Assembly (NCBI GenBank): GCA_036676495.1
Contig: JAKFCT010000036.1
Coordinates: 1-54,593 of the forward strand
Direction of reading: 5' to 3'
Length of the DNA stretch: 54,593 nucleotides
DNA from: Candidatus Sericytochromatia bacterium
GTDB lineage: Bacteria > Cyanobacteriota > Sericytochromatia > S15B-MN24 > UBA4093
The position numbers and the translations under genes were made by a program. Shown piece after piece: positions 26,430-35,748 of this stretch (positions are counted from its first letter, which is position 1; every line of letters starts with the position of its first letter). The notes under the pieces are model-generated. The model searched no databases, was not told the origin of the DNA, and saw only the letters and a list, made by a program, of their open reading frames with translations.

Positions 26430-29033
26430 TTAGAGCAGGCCCAGGGCGCGGGCGCGTGCGACGGCTTGGGTGCGGTTCGTGGCGCCGAGTTTGCCGAAGA
26501 GGTTGGTGCCGTGGCGTTTGACGGTGCTGAGTTCGATGACGAGCTGCTGGGCGATCGCCTGGTTGGTGAGGCCTTCGGCGATCAGCGCCAGGACCTCGCG
26601 CTCGCGTTCGCTGAGCGGATCGAGAAGGCTTTCGGGAGCGAGGGCTTCGCTTTGTGGGCCGATGAGCGTCTCGAGGAAGCGCGTTGCCGCGTCGTCGAGG
26701 GTCGTCGCGAGCGTGCGCAGCAGCGGCTGGAGGGAGGTGCCTTCGTCGAGAAAGGCCTGGCGGAGGTTTTCCGGCTCGGCGAGCACCACGGCGCGCGAGA
26801 GAAGGGCCGGGGCTTCTTCGGGGAGCATGCTCGCCCGGAGCACCATCGCCTGAAGCGCCAGCGGGAGGCGGCCCGCCTCCTGGGCATGGCGCTCGACTTC
26901 TTCGAGTCTGGCGAGGCCGCGTTCGCGCTCGCCGAGGGCCAGGAGGGCCTTGGCGGCCAGCAGGTTCCAGTCTTGCAGGGGCCAGTGGCGGGGCGTGCCG
27001 GCCTCGGGAGGTGGCGCCATGGCCACCAGGCGCTCCAGGGCGGGCCCGGAGTCGTCGAGGCAAAGGGCGCGCAGCGCGTTGAGGTAGATGCCGACGTTGG
27101 GGAGGGCTTGTCCCACCTGATGGGCCTCCTGCCACATGCGCTCGGCCTTCTCGCGCTCGTCGTGCAAGGCGTAGAGCCTGGCGAGCTGGGTGCATGCGTT
27201 GAGGTGAGGTTCGAGCAGGCCTTCGCCGCAGGCGCGGCCTTCGTGGAAGCAGCGGAGCGCCTCGTCATCGCGGCCTTGCTTGAGATGAAGGTGGGCGAGT
27301 CCCACCCATGCGTAGCTGGTGAGGGTGTTGGCCCGTCCGCCGTGGGCTTCCGCGAGCCGCAGGGCGGCTTCGAAGAGCGGCAAGGCCTCGCCGAGCTTCC
27401 CGAACTCTTGAAGGCAAGTGGCCTTCAGGCTCATGGCCAGGATGGCGTCGTGGGCGTCGGCTTCCGCGAGCACCAAATCGAAGGTGCGGAGGGCGTCCTG
27501 GGGGCGATCGCCATGCTGGTAGGCCGTTGCGAGGTTCAGGGCGACGCCGATGCGCCACATCGGCTCGTTCGGGGGGAGGGCGGCGAGCGCCGTTTCCGAG
27601 AGCCGCGTGGTGGTCGCAAGGTCTCCCCTCGCGCGGGCGGTGAAGGCTTGTAGGGCGACGAACTGGGCGGCGTAGGCGTCTCGCTTGCGCTCGTCTTCGA
27701 GGGGACGCGCGAGGGCTTGCTCGACACGACGAAACAGGGACGTCAGTTCGGCGTGATTCCCGCTCGGGAAGCGCACCCATGCCATGAGCAGGAGCAAGTC
27801 GGGGCGTTGATCCAGCCGGAAAGCCGGCAAGGCCGATAGCCAGCCCAGGAGGGTGGCGATTTCACCTCGGCCGAGCGTGGGGGCGGCGGCGGCGATCAGG
27901 TCGGCTGCGCGGGCGTCGTGTTGGCCCTCGAGGGCATGGTGGATGGCCTCGGAGTAGTGGCCTTGCCGCTCGAACCAGCTTGAGGCCTTCTCATGCAGGG
28001 AGCTCACGGAGGCGGGAGCTTGCCGCTCCAGCAGGTGCCGCAGCATGTCGGCGAAGAGGTGGTGGTAGCGGTACCAGCGCCGCTCGCCGTCAAGGGGCAC
28101 CAGGAAGAGGTTGGCCTGTTCGAGTTCTTCGAGAATCTGCTGGCTGCCGTGACTGTCGAGGAGGGCGTCGCAAAGCGGCCCCGAGAGGCGTTCGAGGATA
28201 CTGGTCTTCAGCAGGAAGTGCTGGACATGCGGTGGATGGGCGTGCAGGACCTCTTCGACCAGGTAGTCCACGATGTAGCGGTTCGTGCCGGCGAAGGCCG
28301 AAACGAAGGCCTCGCGATCCGGCGCGTGCTGAAGCGACAGTGCGGCGAGCTGCAAACCCGTCACCCAGCCCTCGGTGGCCTGAGTGAGCGATGAGAGGGC
28401 GTTCGCCGAGAGCCCCAAGGCCATCCGCTCGTTGAGATAGGCTTGGGCCTCCTCGGCTTCGAAGCGCAAATCCGCTGCTCTCAGTTCGAGCATCTGCCCT
28501 TGAGCCCGCAGCCGTGCCAACATGAAGGGAGGGTCCGAGCGGGTTGCCAGCACGACGTGCATGCCCTCGGGCAAGCGATCGATGAAGAGCGCCATCGCGT
28601 CGTGAATGGGGGGCGCCGTGATCACGTGGTAATCGTCGAGGACCAGCATGACGGGCGTGGGGCTCTCGGAGAGGCGGTTGATGAGCGCCGCGATCAGGGA
28701 CTTGTAAGACGGGGCGGGAGAATTCAAGATCTCCTCGGCCGCCATGACGAAGTCTCCCAGGGGCTTCGAGAGCGCCCGCAGCACATACATCCAGAAGCGG
28801 GTGGGATCGTTGTCGTCCCCATCAAGCGAAACCCACGCGGTTTCGGCATTTGCCGAGGAAGCCCAGGTGCTCACGAGGGTGGTTTTGCCGAAGCCCGGAG
28901 GGGCCGAGACCAGGGTGAGCTTGCGGGTCGGCCAGGATGCCAGCCGTTCGGCAAGCTGGGGCCGTGCCACCGTGCGCGGTTGCGGCCGGGGCATGAAGAG
29001 CTTCGTGCTAAGCAGGGGGGAAGCGAGGGGCAT
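26430..29033 (-). CDS. MalT-like (STAND/LAL) LuxR-family transcriptional regulator
   Basis: TKL..P, APPGFGKTT, LVLDDYH, TEGW, YRYHHLFAD, TPR-like sensor and C-terminal LSEREREVL HTH; alternative start at 29066. Confidence 0.93.
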   Translation of the reverse strand: MPLASPLLSTKLFMPRPQPRTVARPQLAERLASWPTRKLTLVSAPPGFGKTTLVSTWASSANAETAWVSLDGDDNDPTRFWMYVLRALSKPLGDFVMAAEEILNSPAPSYKSLIAALINRLSESPTPVMLVLDDYHVITAPPIHDAMALFIDRLPEGMHVVLATRSDPPFMLARLRAQGQMLELRAADLRFEAEEAQAYLNERMALGLSANALSSLTQATEGWVTGLQLAALSLQHAPDREAFVSAFAGTNRYIVDYLVEEVLHAHPPHVQHFLLKTSILERLSGPLCDALLDSHGSQQILEELEQANLFLVPLDGERRWYRYHHLFADMLRHLLERQAPASVSSLHEKASSWFERQGHYSEAIHHALEGQHDARAADLIAAAAPTLGRGEIATLLGWLSALPAFRLDQRPDLLLLMAWVRFPSGNHAELTSLFRRVEQALARPLEDERKRDAYAAQFVALQAFTARARGDLATTTRLSETALAALPPNEPMWRIGVALNLATAYQHGDRPQDALRTFDLVLAEADAHDAILAMSLKATCLQEFGKLGEALPLFEAALRLAEAHGGRANTLTSYAWVGLAHLHLKQGRDDEALRCFHEGRACGEGLLEPHLNACTQLARLYALHDEREKAERMWQEAHQVGQALPNVGIYLNALRALCLDDSGPALERLVAMAPPPEAGTPRHWPLQDWNLLAAKALLALGERERGLARLEEVERHAQEAGRLPLALQAMVLRASMLPEEAPALLSRAVVLAEPENLRQAFLDEGTSLQPLLRTLATTLDDAATRFLETLIGPQSEALAPESLLDPLSEREREVLALIAEGLTNQAIAQQLVIELSTVKRHGTNLFGKLGATNRTQAVARARALGLL

Positions 29034-29148
29034 GGCTCTGCGGTGAAAAGGGCGTGCGTTGGGCATTGTAGCGCTTTCCGCCCGGCTCCGGCAACGTGGG
29101 CCTCCTCGGAGGGCGTAAAATGGTCCCGTTCACCCTCAGGAGGATCGC

Positions 29149-29550
29149 ATGCTCATCACGCTCACCCTTCCCACTCACGCCCGCGAGCAACTGGTCGACA
29201 TCACCGACCAGGTTCTCGGCGCCGTGCGGCGCTCCGGCACCCGGGACGGCATCGCCGTCGTCTTCAGCACGCATACCACCGCCGGGATCACGATCAATGA
29301 GAACGCGGATCCCGACGTTCCCCGCGACATGCTGCACTGGCTGAAGACCCGCATCCCCCAGAACGGCGAGTTTCGCCACGGGGAAGGCAATGCCGACGCC
29401 CATCTCAAGACCTGCCTCTTCGGGATCTCCCAGACGGTCATCATCGAGGAGGGCGCGCTCGCCCTGGGCACATGGCAAGGCATCTTCCTGGCGGAGTTCG
29501 ACGGTCCCCGCACCCGGCGCGTCCTGGTGAAGATCATCCCGACGACCTAG
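29149..29550 (+). CDS. yjbQ: UPF0047 YjbQ-family protein
   Basis: HTTAGITINENADPDV, EGNADAHLK and LGTWQGIFLAEFDGPR. Confidence 0.93.
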   Translation: MLITLTLPTHAREQLVDITDQVLGAVRRSGTRDGIAVVFSTHTTAGITINENADPDVPRDMLHWLKTRIPQNGEFRHGEGNADAHLKTCLFGISQTVIIEEGALALGTWQGIFLAEFDGPRTRRVLVKIIPTT

Positions 29551-29557
29551 CTCCTGT

Positions 29558-29583
29558 GGGGCTTTCGAATGCCCGAAAGCCCC
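29558..29583 (+). terminator. Hairpin after yjbQ
   Basis: ggggctttcg...cgaaagcccc. Confidence 0.6.
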
Positions 29584-29589
29584 GTGGCC

Positions 29590-29618
29590 TTGACCGCTGC
29601 GCCCGCTTGAGGTAGCGT
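29590..29618 (+). promoter_or_regulatory. Sigma70-like promoter of sugE/gdx
   Basis: TTGACC-17 nt-TAGCGT. Confidence 0.65.
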
Positions 29619-29623
29619 TTTGG

Positions 29624-29721
29624 TGTGCGCCACTGGGGAAGCCGATGGCGGCGAGTAATCGCCGTAGGCCCCTCCAGGGGCCTTTTTGTCTTTTTATAGG
29701 TATCGGTTAGGAGCAGCGGCC
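29624..29721 (+). ncRNA. Candidate riboswitch/attenuator leader
   Basis: Terminator 29666-29683 plus T-tract lies before the RBS; a competing helix pairs 29633-29643 with 29667-29677 around a GTAA-tetraloop hairpin. Confidence 0.55.
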
Positions 29722-30042
29722 ATGGCATGGTTCTTTCTTTTCCTGGCGGGACTCAGCGAGGTGGGTTGGGCACTTGGATTGAAGTACACCGAGGGCTTCA
29801 CGCGCCTCGGGCCCAGCGTGGCGACGGTCGCGCTGATGATCGTGAGCTTCGCGCTGCTGGGACAGGCCCTGCGCGTCTTGCCGATCGGCACCGCTTACGC
29901 GATCTGGACCGGCATCGGGGCCATCGGGACCGCCGTGGCCGGCATGGTCCTCTTCGGAGAGCCCCGCGATGCCCTTCGCCTCGCCTGCCTTGGCTTGATC
30001 GTCGCGGGAATCGTCGGCTTGAAGCTGGTGACGCCCCAGTAG
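29722..30042 (+). CDS. sugE: SMR-family exporter SugE/Gdx (guanidinium exporter subtype)
   Basis: [40 protein letters not shown] and GIVGLKL; AGGAG RBS. Confidence 0.93.
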   Translation: MAWFFLFLAGLSEVGWALGLKYTEGFTRLGPSVATVALMIVSFALLGQALRVLPIGTAYAIWTGIGAIGTAVAGMVLFGEPRDALRLACLGLIVAGIVGLKLVTPQ

Positions 30043-30179
30043 GCGCTCAGCAAGACTCGTTTGCCCGGTCGAGGGGTGGGGTTCACGCGTCACAGCCTTG
30101 CGGCTCCTGGCATCGTAGGATCGTTCTGCCGTGTTGACCCCTGGCATGAGGTTTTTTTATGGAAAGGGATGGCTTGCCG

Positions 30180-30512
30180 ATGGATGAGGAGGTCCTGGAG
30201 GTTCTTCGCTGCCTGGGAACTTACCAGATTCTCGAACCCCATCATCCGGCGCGTTCGGGCAAGGAGCCCGTCCGTCACATCGCCTTCGAGGCCAACGTGC
30301 ACTACCGCCGCGTCAGGCGCTTTGCCGGCGAGGCGCTGTGCTCCGCTCGCTCCATCTCCCGCTCGGGAGGCCGCAAGGTCAACGAGGAGCCGACTTGCCG
30401 CGCCTGCCTCGACGTGGCCCGCCGCTTGACCGAGGTCCCTCCGACCTCTGCCCATCTCCCCTCCGAACACCAGATGAGCCTCTTCGACCTCCTGGCTCCG
30501 GAGATCGCCTAG
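30180..30512 (+). CDS. Hypothetical protein with Cys/His cluster and C-terminal QMSLF motif
   Basis: GC3-biased ORF with AAAGGGA RBS; H...C...CRAC; alternative start at 30159. Confidence 0.6.
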   Translation: MDEEVLEVLRCLGTYQILEPHHPARSGKEPVRHIAFEANVHYRRVRRFAGEALCSARSISRSGGRKVNEEPTCRACLDVARRLTEVPPTSAHLPSEHQMSLFDLLAPEIA

Positions 30513-30633
30513 CCTCCGGCGCCTCCCTCAGCACTGACGCCTGCTTGGTGTAAAATGAAGCGCGGCCGCCAGGCTTGCTCGTTCCGTTTTTACCAGGATC
30601 CCGAGGGTACATGACCCTCCGAGGTGTGCAACC

Positions 30634-31962
30634 GTGCGTGAGAAAACCATGTCCAGCGTCCAAGATCGCCTGATCGAGGCCATCCAGACTCGCAAGGCCC
30701 GGATTGGGGTCGTCGGCATCGGCTACGTGGGCTTGCCCCTGGCCGTCGAGAAAGGCAAGGTCGGATTCTCGGTTCGGGGTTTCGACCGCAATCCCAAGCG
30801 CGTCGCGCAGATCAACGCGGGCGAGAACTACATCGACGACGTGGTTGACGCGGAACTGACCGAGCTGGTCCGCGAGGGCCGGCTCGAGGCCACCACGGAT
30901 TTCAGCTTGCTCGCGGACTGCGACGTGATCGTCATCTGCGTGCCGACCCCTCTCACCGAGCACCGGGACCCCGACATCCAGTACATCGTCAACGTCGCCG
31001 AGCAGATCGCCAAGGTCCTGCGCCCCGGCCAGCTCGTCAGCCTCGAGAGCACCACCTACCCCGGCACCACCGAGGAGGTCCTGCTTCCCATCCTGGCCGC
31101 GTCCGGCCTCACGGTCGGTGAGGACTTCTTCCTGGCCTTCAGCCCCGAGCGGGTCGACCCCGGCAACGCCCGCTACACCACCAAGAACACCAACAAGGTG
31201 GTCGGAGGCGTCACGCCCGCTTGCCTCGACGTCGCCAAGACCTTCTACCAGCAGACCATCCTGCACGTCGTCCCCGTCTCCAGCCCCGCCGTCGCCGAGA
31301 TGACCAAGGTCTTCGAGAACACGTTCCGCTCGGTCAACATCGCGCTGGTCAACGAGCTCGCCCTCCTCTGCGATCGCATGGGCCTCAACGTCTGGGAAGT
31401 CGTGGAGGCCGCCAACACCAAGCCCTTCGGGATCATGCGCTTCAACCCCGGCCCCGGCGTCGGCGGGCATTGCATCCCCATCGACCCCTTCTACCTCACC
31501 TGGAAAGCCCGGCAGTACGACTTCCACACCCGCTTCATCGAGCTGGCGGGCGAGATCAACGTGCAGATGCCCTACCACGTCCGCGAAAAGCTCATCCGCG
31601 CCCTGGGGCGTACCCGCAAGCCCCTGGCCGGCTCGAACGTGCTGATCGTGGGGGCCGCCTACAAGAAGGACATCAACGACTGGCGCGAATCCCCGACCCT
31701 CAAGCTGATATCGATCCTGGCCCGGGACGAGGTGGCGATCGCCTACCACGACCCCTACGTCCCCGCCTTCACCCACCACGGCCGAGACTACGCCTCCATG
31801 GACCTCCACGCCGGCCTCTCCTGGGCCGACGGCGTGGTCATCATGACCGATCACTCCCAGCTGGACTACGAGACCATCGTTCGCGAGGCACCGATCGTCG
31901 TGGACACCCGCAACGCCACCCAGCACGTGACCGAAGGGAGGGAGAAGGTTGTCCTCCTCTAA
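30634..31962 (+). CDS. wbpA: UDP-GlcNAc 6-dehydrogenase (WbpA-like)
   Basis: GIGYVGLP, CVPTP, ESTTYPGTT, SPERVDPG and GVGGHCIPIDP. Confidence 0.88.
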   Translation: MREKTMSSVQDRLIEAIQTRKARIGVVGIGYVGLPLAVEKGKVGFSVRGFDRNPKRVAQINAGENYIDDVVDAELTELVREGRLEATTDFSLLADCDVIVICVPTPLTEHRDPDIQYIVNVAEQIAKVLRPGQLVSLESTTYPGTTEEVLLPILAASGLTVGEDFFLAFSPERVDPGNARYTTKNTNKVVGGVTPACLDVAKTFYQQTILHVVPVSSPAVAEMTKVFENTFRSVNIALVNELALLCDRMGLNVWEVVEAANTKPFGIMRFNPGPGVGGHCIPIDPFYLTWKARQYDFHTRFIELAGEINVQMPYHVREKLIRALGRTRKPLAGSNVLIVGAAYKKDINDWRESPTLKLISILARDEVAIAYHDPYVPAFTHHGRDYASMDLHAGLSWADGVVIMTDHSQLDYETIVREAPIVVDTRNATQHVTEGREKVVLL

Positions 31963-32980
31963 CGCGCCCCCCCGCGTGGCCACGCCTCGCGTGGCCATGG
32001 TCGGCGCGGGCTACTGGGGTCCCAACCTCACCCGGAACTTCCATGCCCTCGGCGCCCTCGACATGCTCTGCGACCTCAACCCCGAGATCTTGGCCAAGCT
32101 GGGCGCCGCCTACCCCGAGATCCGTACGACGACCGATTTCGCGGAGGTCCTGGCCGACCCGGCGATCGACGCCGTCATCCTCGCCACTCCGGCTCCGACC
32201 CATCACCGGCTCGCCATGCAGGCCATGCAGGCCGGCAAGCACGTCTTCGTCGAGAAGCCCCTGGCCTTGAGCCGCAAGGAGGCCGAAGAACTCGCCGCGG
32301 AGGCCGACCGCCTGAACCGCATCCTCATGGTCGGGCATATCCTGATCTACCATCCCGCCGTCGAAGCCCTCGCAGCCCTGGTCCACTCGGGAGCGCTCGG
32401 TGAGGTGAAGCATGTCCGCTCCGAACGCCTCAGCCTCGGCAAGCTGCGCAGCGAGGAGAACGTGCTCTGGAGTTTCGGGCCTCATGACGCGAGCCTCCTG
32501 GCCGAGCTGATCGCCGCCGAACCCGAAACGGTCTCGGCCAGCGGCCATGCCATCCTCCAGGAGGGCATCGAGGACCTCGTCACCATGGACCTGCGCTACC
32601 CCGGCGGGGTCACGGCCCATATCCACCTGAGCTGGCTGGAGCCCGTCAAGCGGCACCGCCTCACGGTGATCGGCACCGAGAAGATGGCCGTCTTCGACGA
32701 TACCCTCACCGAAGGCAAGCTGCGCCTCTACGACCGCGGCTTCGACCGCGTCGCTTCGGGCTGGGAGCTGCGCCGCGGCGAGGAAACGCTCGTCGCCTAC
32801 GAGCCCGGCGAGCCCATGGCCCGGGAATGCGCCCACTTCCTCGATTGCATCCGGACGGGCACCCGCCCTCGCACCGACGGCATTTCCGGCGCCCGGGTGC
32901 TCGGCATCCTCGAACACGCCCAGAACCAGTTGAAGCAAAACGAATGCTCCCAGCCAGCGAATACAGGAGTCACCGCGTAA
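31949..32980 (+). CDS. Gfo/Idh/MocA oxidoreductase (UDP-GlcNAcA 3-dehydrogenase, WbpB/WlbA-like)
   Basis: VGAGYWG, GKHVFVEKP and GPHD; operon context. Confidence 0.85.
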   Translation: MSSSNAPPRVATPRVAMVGAGYWGPNLTRNFHALGALDMLCDLNPEILAKLGAAYPEIRTTTDFAEVLADPAIDAVILATPAPTHHRLAMQAMQAGKHVFVEKPLALSRKEAEELAAEADRLNRILMVGHILIYHPAVEALAALVHSGALGEVKHVRSERLSLGKLRSEENVLWSFGPHDASLLAELIAAEPETVSASGHAILQEGIEDLVTMDLRYPGGVTAHIHLSWLEPVKRHRLTVIGTEKMAVFDDTLTEGKLRLYDRGFDRVASGWELRRGEETLVAYEPGEPMARECAHFLDCIRTGTRPRTDGISGARVLGILEHAQNQLKQNECSQPANTGVTA

Positions 32981-33576
32981 TGGCCGTAGATACCGAGAAG
33001 AACTACTTCGTGCATGAGTCCAGCTACGTGGACCAACCCTGCACGATCGGCCCCGGCACCAAGATCTGGCACTTCAGCCACGTCATGAAGGACGCGGTCA
33101 TCGGGGCGAACTGCAACATCGGGCAGAACGTCGTCATCAGCCCCGGCGTGACCCTCGGCGACAACGTCAAGATCCAGAACAACGTCTCGGTCTACACCGG
33201 CGTGACCCTCGAAGACGACGTCTTCTGCGGGCCCTCCTGCGTCTTCACCAACGTCACCACCCCCCGCTCGCACGTCCGGCGCAACGACCCCGAGAAAGAT
33301 TACGCCAAGACTCGGGTGAAGCGCGGAGCCAGCATCGGAGCCAACGCCACCATCGTCTGCGGGAACACGCTCGGAGAGTACTCCTTCGTCGGCGCCGGCG
33401 CCGTCGTCACCAAGGACGTCCCTCCCTACGCCATGGTCTACGGCAATCCCGCTCGAATCAAAGGCTGGGCGTGCGCTTGCGGCGTCAAGCTCGCCTTCGA
33501 GGCCAATGACGCCACCTGTTCCGAGTGCGGCACGCAGTACCAGTTGACCGGCCCCGCGTCGGTCGTGAGGAAGTAA
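32980..33576 (+). CDS. Hexapeptide-repeat N-acetyltransferase (WbpD/WlbB-like)
   Basis: [34 protein letters not shown] and C-terminal Cys pairs; start overlaps the upstream TAA. Confidence 0.9.
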   Translation: MAVDTEKNYFVHESSYVDQPCTIGPGTKIWHFSHVMKDAVIGANCNIGQNVVISPGVTLGDNVKIQNNVSVYTGVTLEDDVFCGPSCVFTNVTTPRSHVRRNDPEKDYAKTRVKRGASIGANATIVCGNTLGEYSFVGAGAVVTKDVPPYAMVYGNPARIKGWACACGVKLAFEANDATCSECGTQYQLTGPASVVRK

Positions 33577-33578
33577 CC

Positions 33579-34694
33579 ATGATCCCGATTCTCGACCTCA
33601 AGCCCCAGTACGAGTCCCTCCAGGCCCAGATGGACGCGGCCATCCTGGATGCCGTGCGCTCGGGCCAGTACATCAACGGCCCCAACGTGAAGGCCTTCGA
33701 GAAGGAACTGGCGGCGTATGTCGGCTCCAAGTACGCCATCGGGCTGAACTCCGGCACCGATGCCTTGCACCTGGCGCTTCGCGCCCTGGACATCGGCCCC
33801 GGGGACGAGGTGATCACCGTGCCCTTCACGTTCGTGGCCACCACCGAGGCGATCGGCATCGTGGGAGCGAAGCCCGTCTTCGTGGACATCGACCCGGTGA
33901 CCTACAACATGGACCCCTCCGAAGTCGAGGCCAAGATCACGCCGCGCACCAAGGCGATCATGCCCGTGCACCTCTACGGCCAGCCGGCGGACATGGAGGC
34001 CTTGATGGCGATCGCCAAGAAGCACGGCCTCCACGTGATCGAGGACTGCGCCCAGGCGATCGGGGCGACGATCAATGGCAAGATGGTGGGCACCATCGGC
34101 ACGGTGGGCTGCTTCAGCTTCTTTCCCAGCAAGAACCTGGGGGCCTACGGGGACGGCGGCGCCTGCGTGACCGACGATCCGGAGCTCGCGGCGCGCATCA
34201 CGGCGCTTCGGGGACACGGCGGCCGGGTGAAGTACCACCACGAGGAACTGGGCGTCAACTCGCGCCTCGACGAGGTTCAGGCCGCGGTCCTCCGGGTCAA
34301 GCTGCCGCACCTCGACTCCTGGAACGCCTCCCGGCGCGAGGTCGCGAAGCGCTACAACGAGCTCTTGAAGGACATCCCCGGGGTGATGACCCCCGAGGAG
34401 CTGTCGGGGACCGTGCCGGTCTACCACCAGTACACCATCCGGATCAAGGACCGCGACGGCATCCAGGAGGGCCTGAAGACCCGGGGCGTGCAGAGCATGG
34501 TCTACTACCCGGTGCCCCTGCACCTCCAGAAGGTCCACGACTATCTCGGCTGCAAGACGGGCGACTTCCCGATCTCGGAGCGGGCGGCTCGCGAGGTCTT
34601 GAGCTTGCCCATCTTCCCGGAGCTGACCTTCGAGCAGCAACAACAGGTGGCCGAGGCCCTGCGTCAGGCCGTCGAGAATGGAATCCCCGTCTAG
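33579..34694 (+). CDS. DegT/DnrJ aminotransferase (WbpE/WlbC-like)
   Basis: [28 protein letters not shown] and NSRLDE. Confidence 0.9.
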   Translation: MIPILDLKPQYESLQAQMDAAILDAVRSGQYINGPNVKAFEKELAAYVGSKYAIGLNSGTDALHLALRALDIGPGDEVITVPFTFVATTEAIGIVGAKPVFVDIDPVTYNMDPSEVEAKITPRTKAIMPVHLYGQPADMEALMAIAKKHGLHVIEDCAQAIGATINGKMVGTIGTVGCFSFFPSKNLGAYGDGGACVTDDPELAARITALRGHGGRVKYHHEELGVNSRLDEVQAAVLRVKLPHLDSWNASRREVAKRYNELLKDIPGVMTPEELSGTVPVYHQYTIRIKDRDGIQEGLKTRGVQSMVYYPVPLHLQKVHDYLGCKTGDFPISERAAREVLSLPIFPELTFEQQQQVAEALRQAVENGIPV

Positions 34695-35747
34695 ATGAAG
34701 GTCCTCACGGTCGTCGGCGCCCGCCCCCAGTTCATCAAGGCGGCCCCCGTCAGCCAGGAGCTCCGCAAGGTCGCGACCGAGGTCCTGGTCCACACGGGCC
34801 AGCACTTCGACGCGAACATGTCGGACGTCTTCTTCGAAGAACTGCGCATCCCCAAGCCCGATTACCACCTGGGCATCGGCGGGGGCTCTCACGGAGCGAT
34901 GACCGGAGCGATGCTGGCAAAGCTCGAAGAGGTCATCCAGCGAGAGAAGCCCGACTGGGTCCTGGTCTACGGGGATACCAACTCGACCATGGCCGGCGGC
35001 CTCGCAGCCGCCAAGCTCCATGTGCCCGTGGCCCACGTCGAGGCGGGCTTACGCTCGTTCAACCGCCAGATGCCCGAAGAGATCAACCGGGTCCTGACCG
35101 ATCACCTCTCGACCCTGCTCTTCGCTCCCACGGATACCGCCGTTCGTCATCTCTCGAACGAGGGCATCACCGAAGGCGTGCATCAGGTCGGCGACGTCAT
35201 GTACGACGCGACCCTCATGTTCAAGCCTCGAGCGGAGGAGCGTCTCGATCGCCTCGACGCGCTCGGCCTCATGCCGGGAGGATTCGCCCTCGCCACCGTT
35301 CATCGCGCCGAGAATACCGACGATCCGCAGCGGCTCGGTGCCATCCTCTCGGCGCTCGGGGAACTCTCCCTTCCGGTCGTTTGGCCCATGCATCCGCGCA
35401 CGCGAAAACAGCTTCACGCCTTCGGCCTCACGCTTCCGGAGCACATCCGGATGGTGGAGCCCGTGGGCTACCTCGACATGCTCCTGCTGGAGTCCCGGGC
35501 CCGGGTGATTCTCACGGATTCGGGAGGGGTTCAGAAAGAGGCCTGTTTCCTGCGGGTCCCGTGCCTCACGCTAAGAGACGAGACGGAATGGACCGAGACC
35601 GTCTCGGCGGGCTGGAACGTCCTGGTCGATGCTGATCCGGCGCGGATCGCCGAGGCCATGCGCACGCTAGGGAGTCCGGCCGAGCCCTTGCGGGCCTTCG
35701 GAGACGGTCAGGCCGCGGCGCGGATTGCTCGCTTCTTCACGACTTAG
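34695..35747 (+). CDS. Non-hydrolysing UDP-HexNAc 2-epimerase (WbpI/WlbD/WecB-like)
   Basis: GARPQFIK, HTGQH, GDTNST, HVEAGLRS and TDSGGVQKEA. Confidence 0.92.
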   Translation: MKVLTVVGARPQFIKAAPVSQELRKVATEVLVHTGQHFDANMSDVFFEELRIPKPDYHLGIGGGSHGAMTGAMLAKLEEVIQREKPDWVLVYGDTNSTMAGGLAAAKLHVPVAHVEAGLRSFNRQMPEEINRVLTDHLSTLLFAPTDTAVRHLSNEGITEGVHQVGDVMYDATLMFKPRAEERLDRLDALGLMPGGFALATVHRAENTDDPQRLGAILSALGELSLPVVWPMHPRTRKQLHAFGLTLPEHIRMVEPVGYLDMLLLESRARVILTDSGGVQKEACFLRVPCLTLRDETEWTETVSAGWNVLVDADPARIAEAMRTLGSPAEPLRAFGDGQAAARIARFFTT

Positions 35748-35748
35748 C

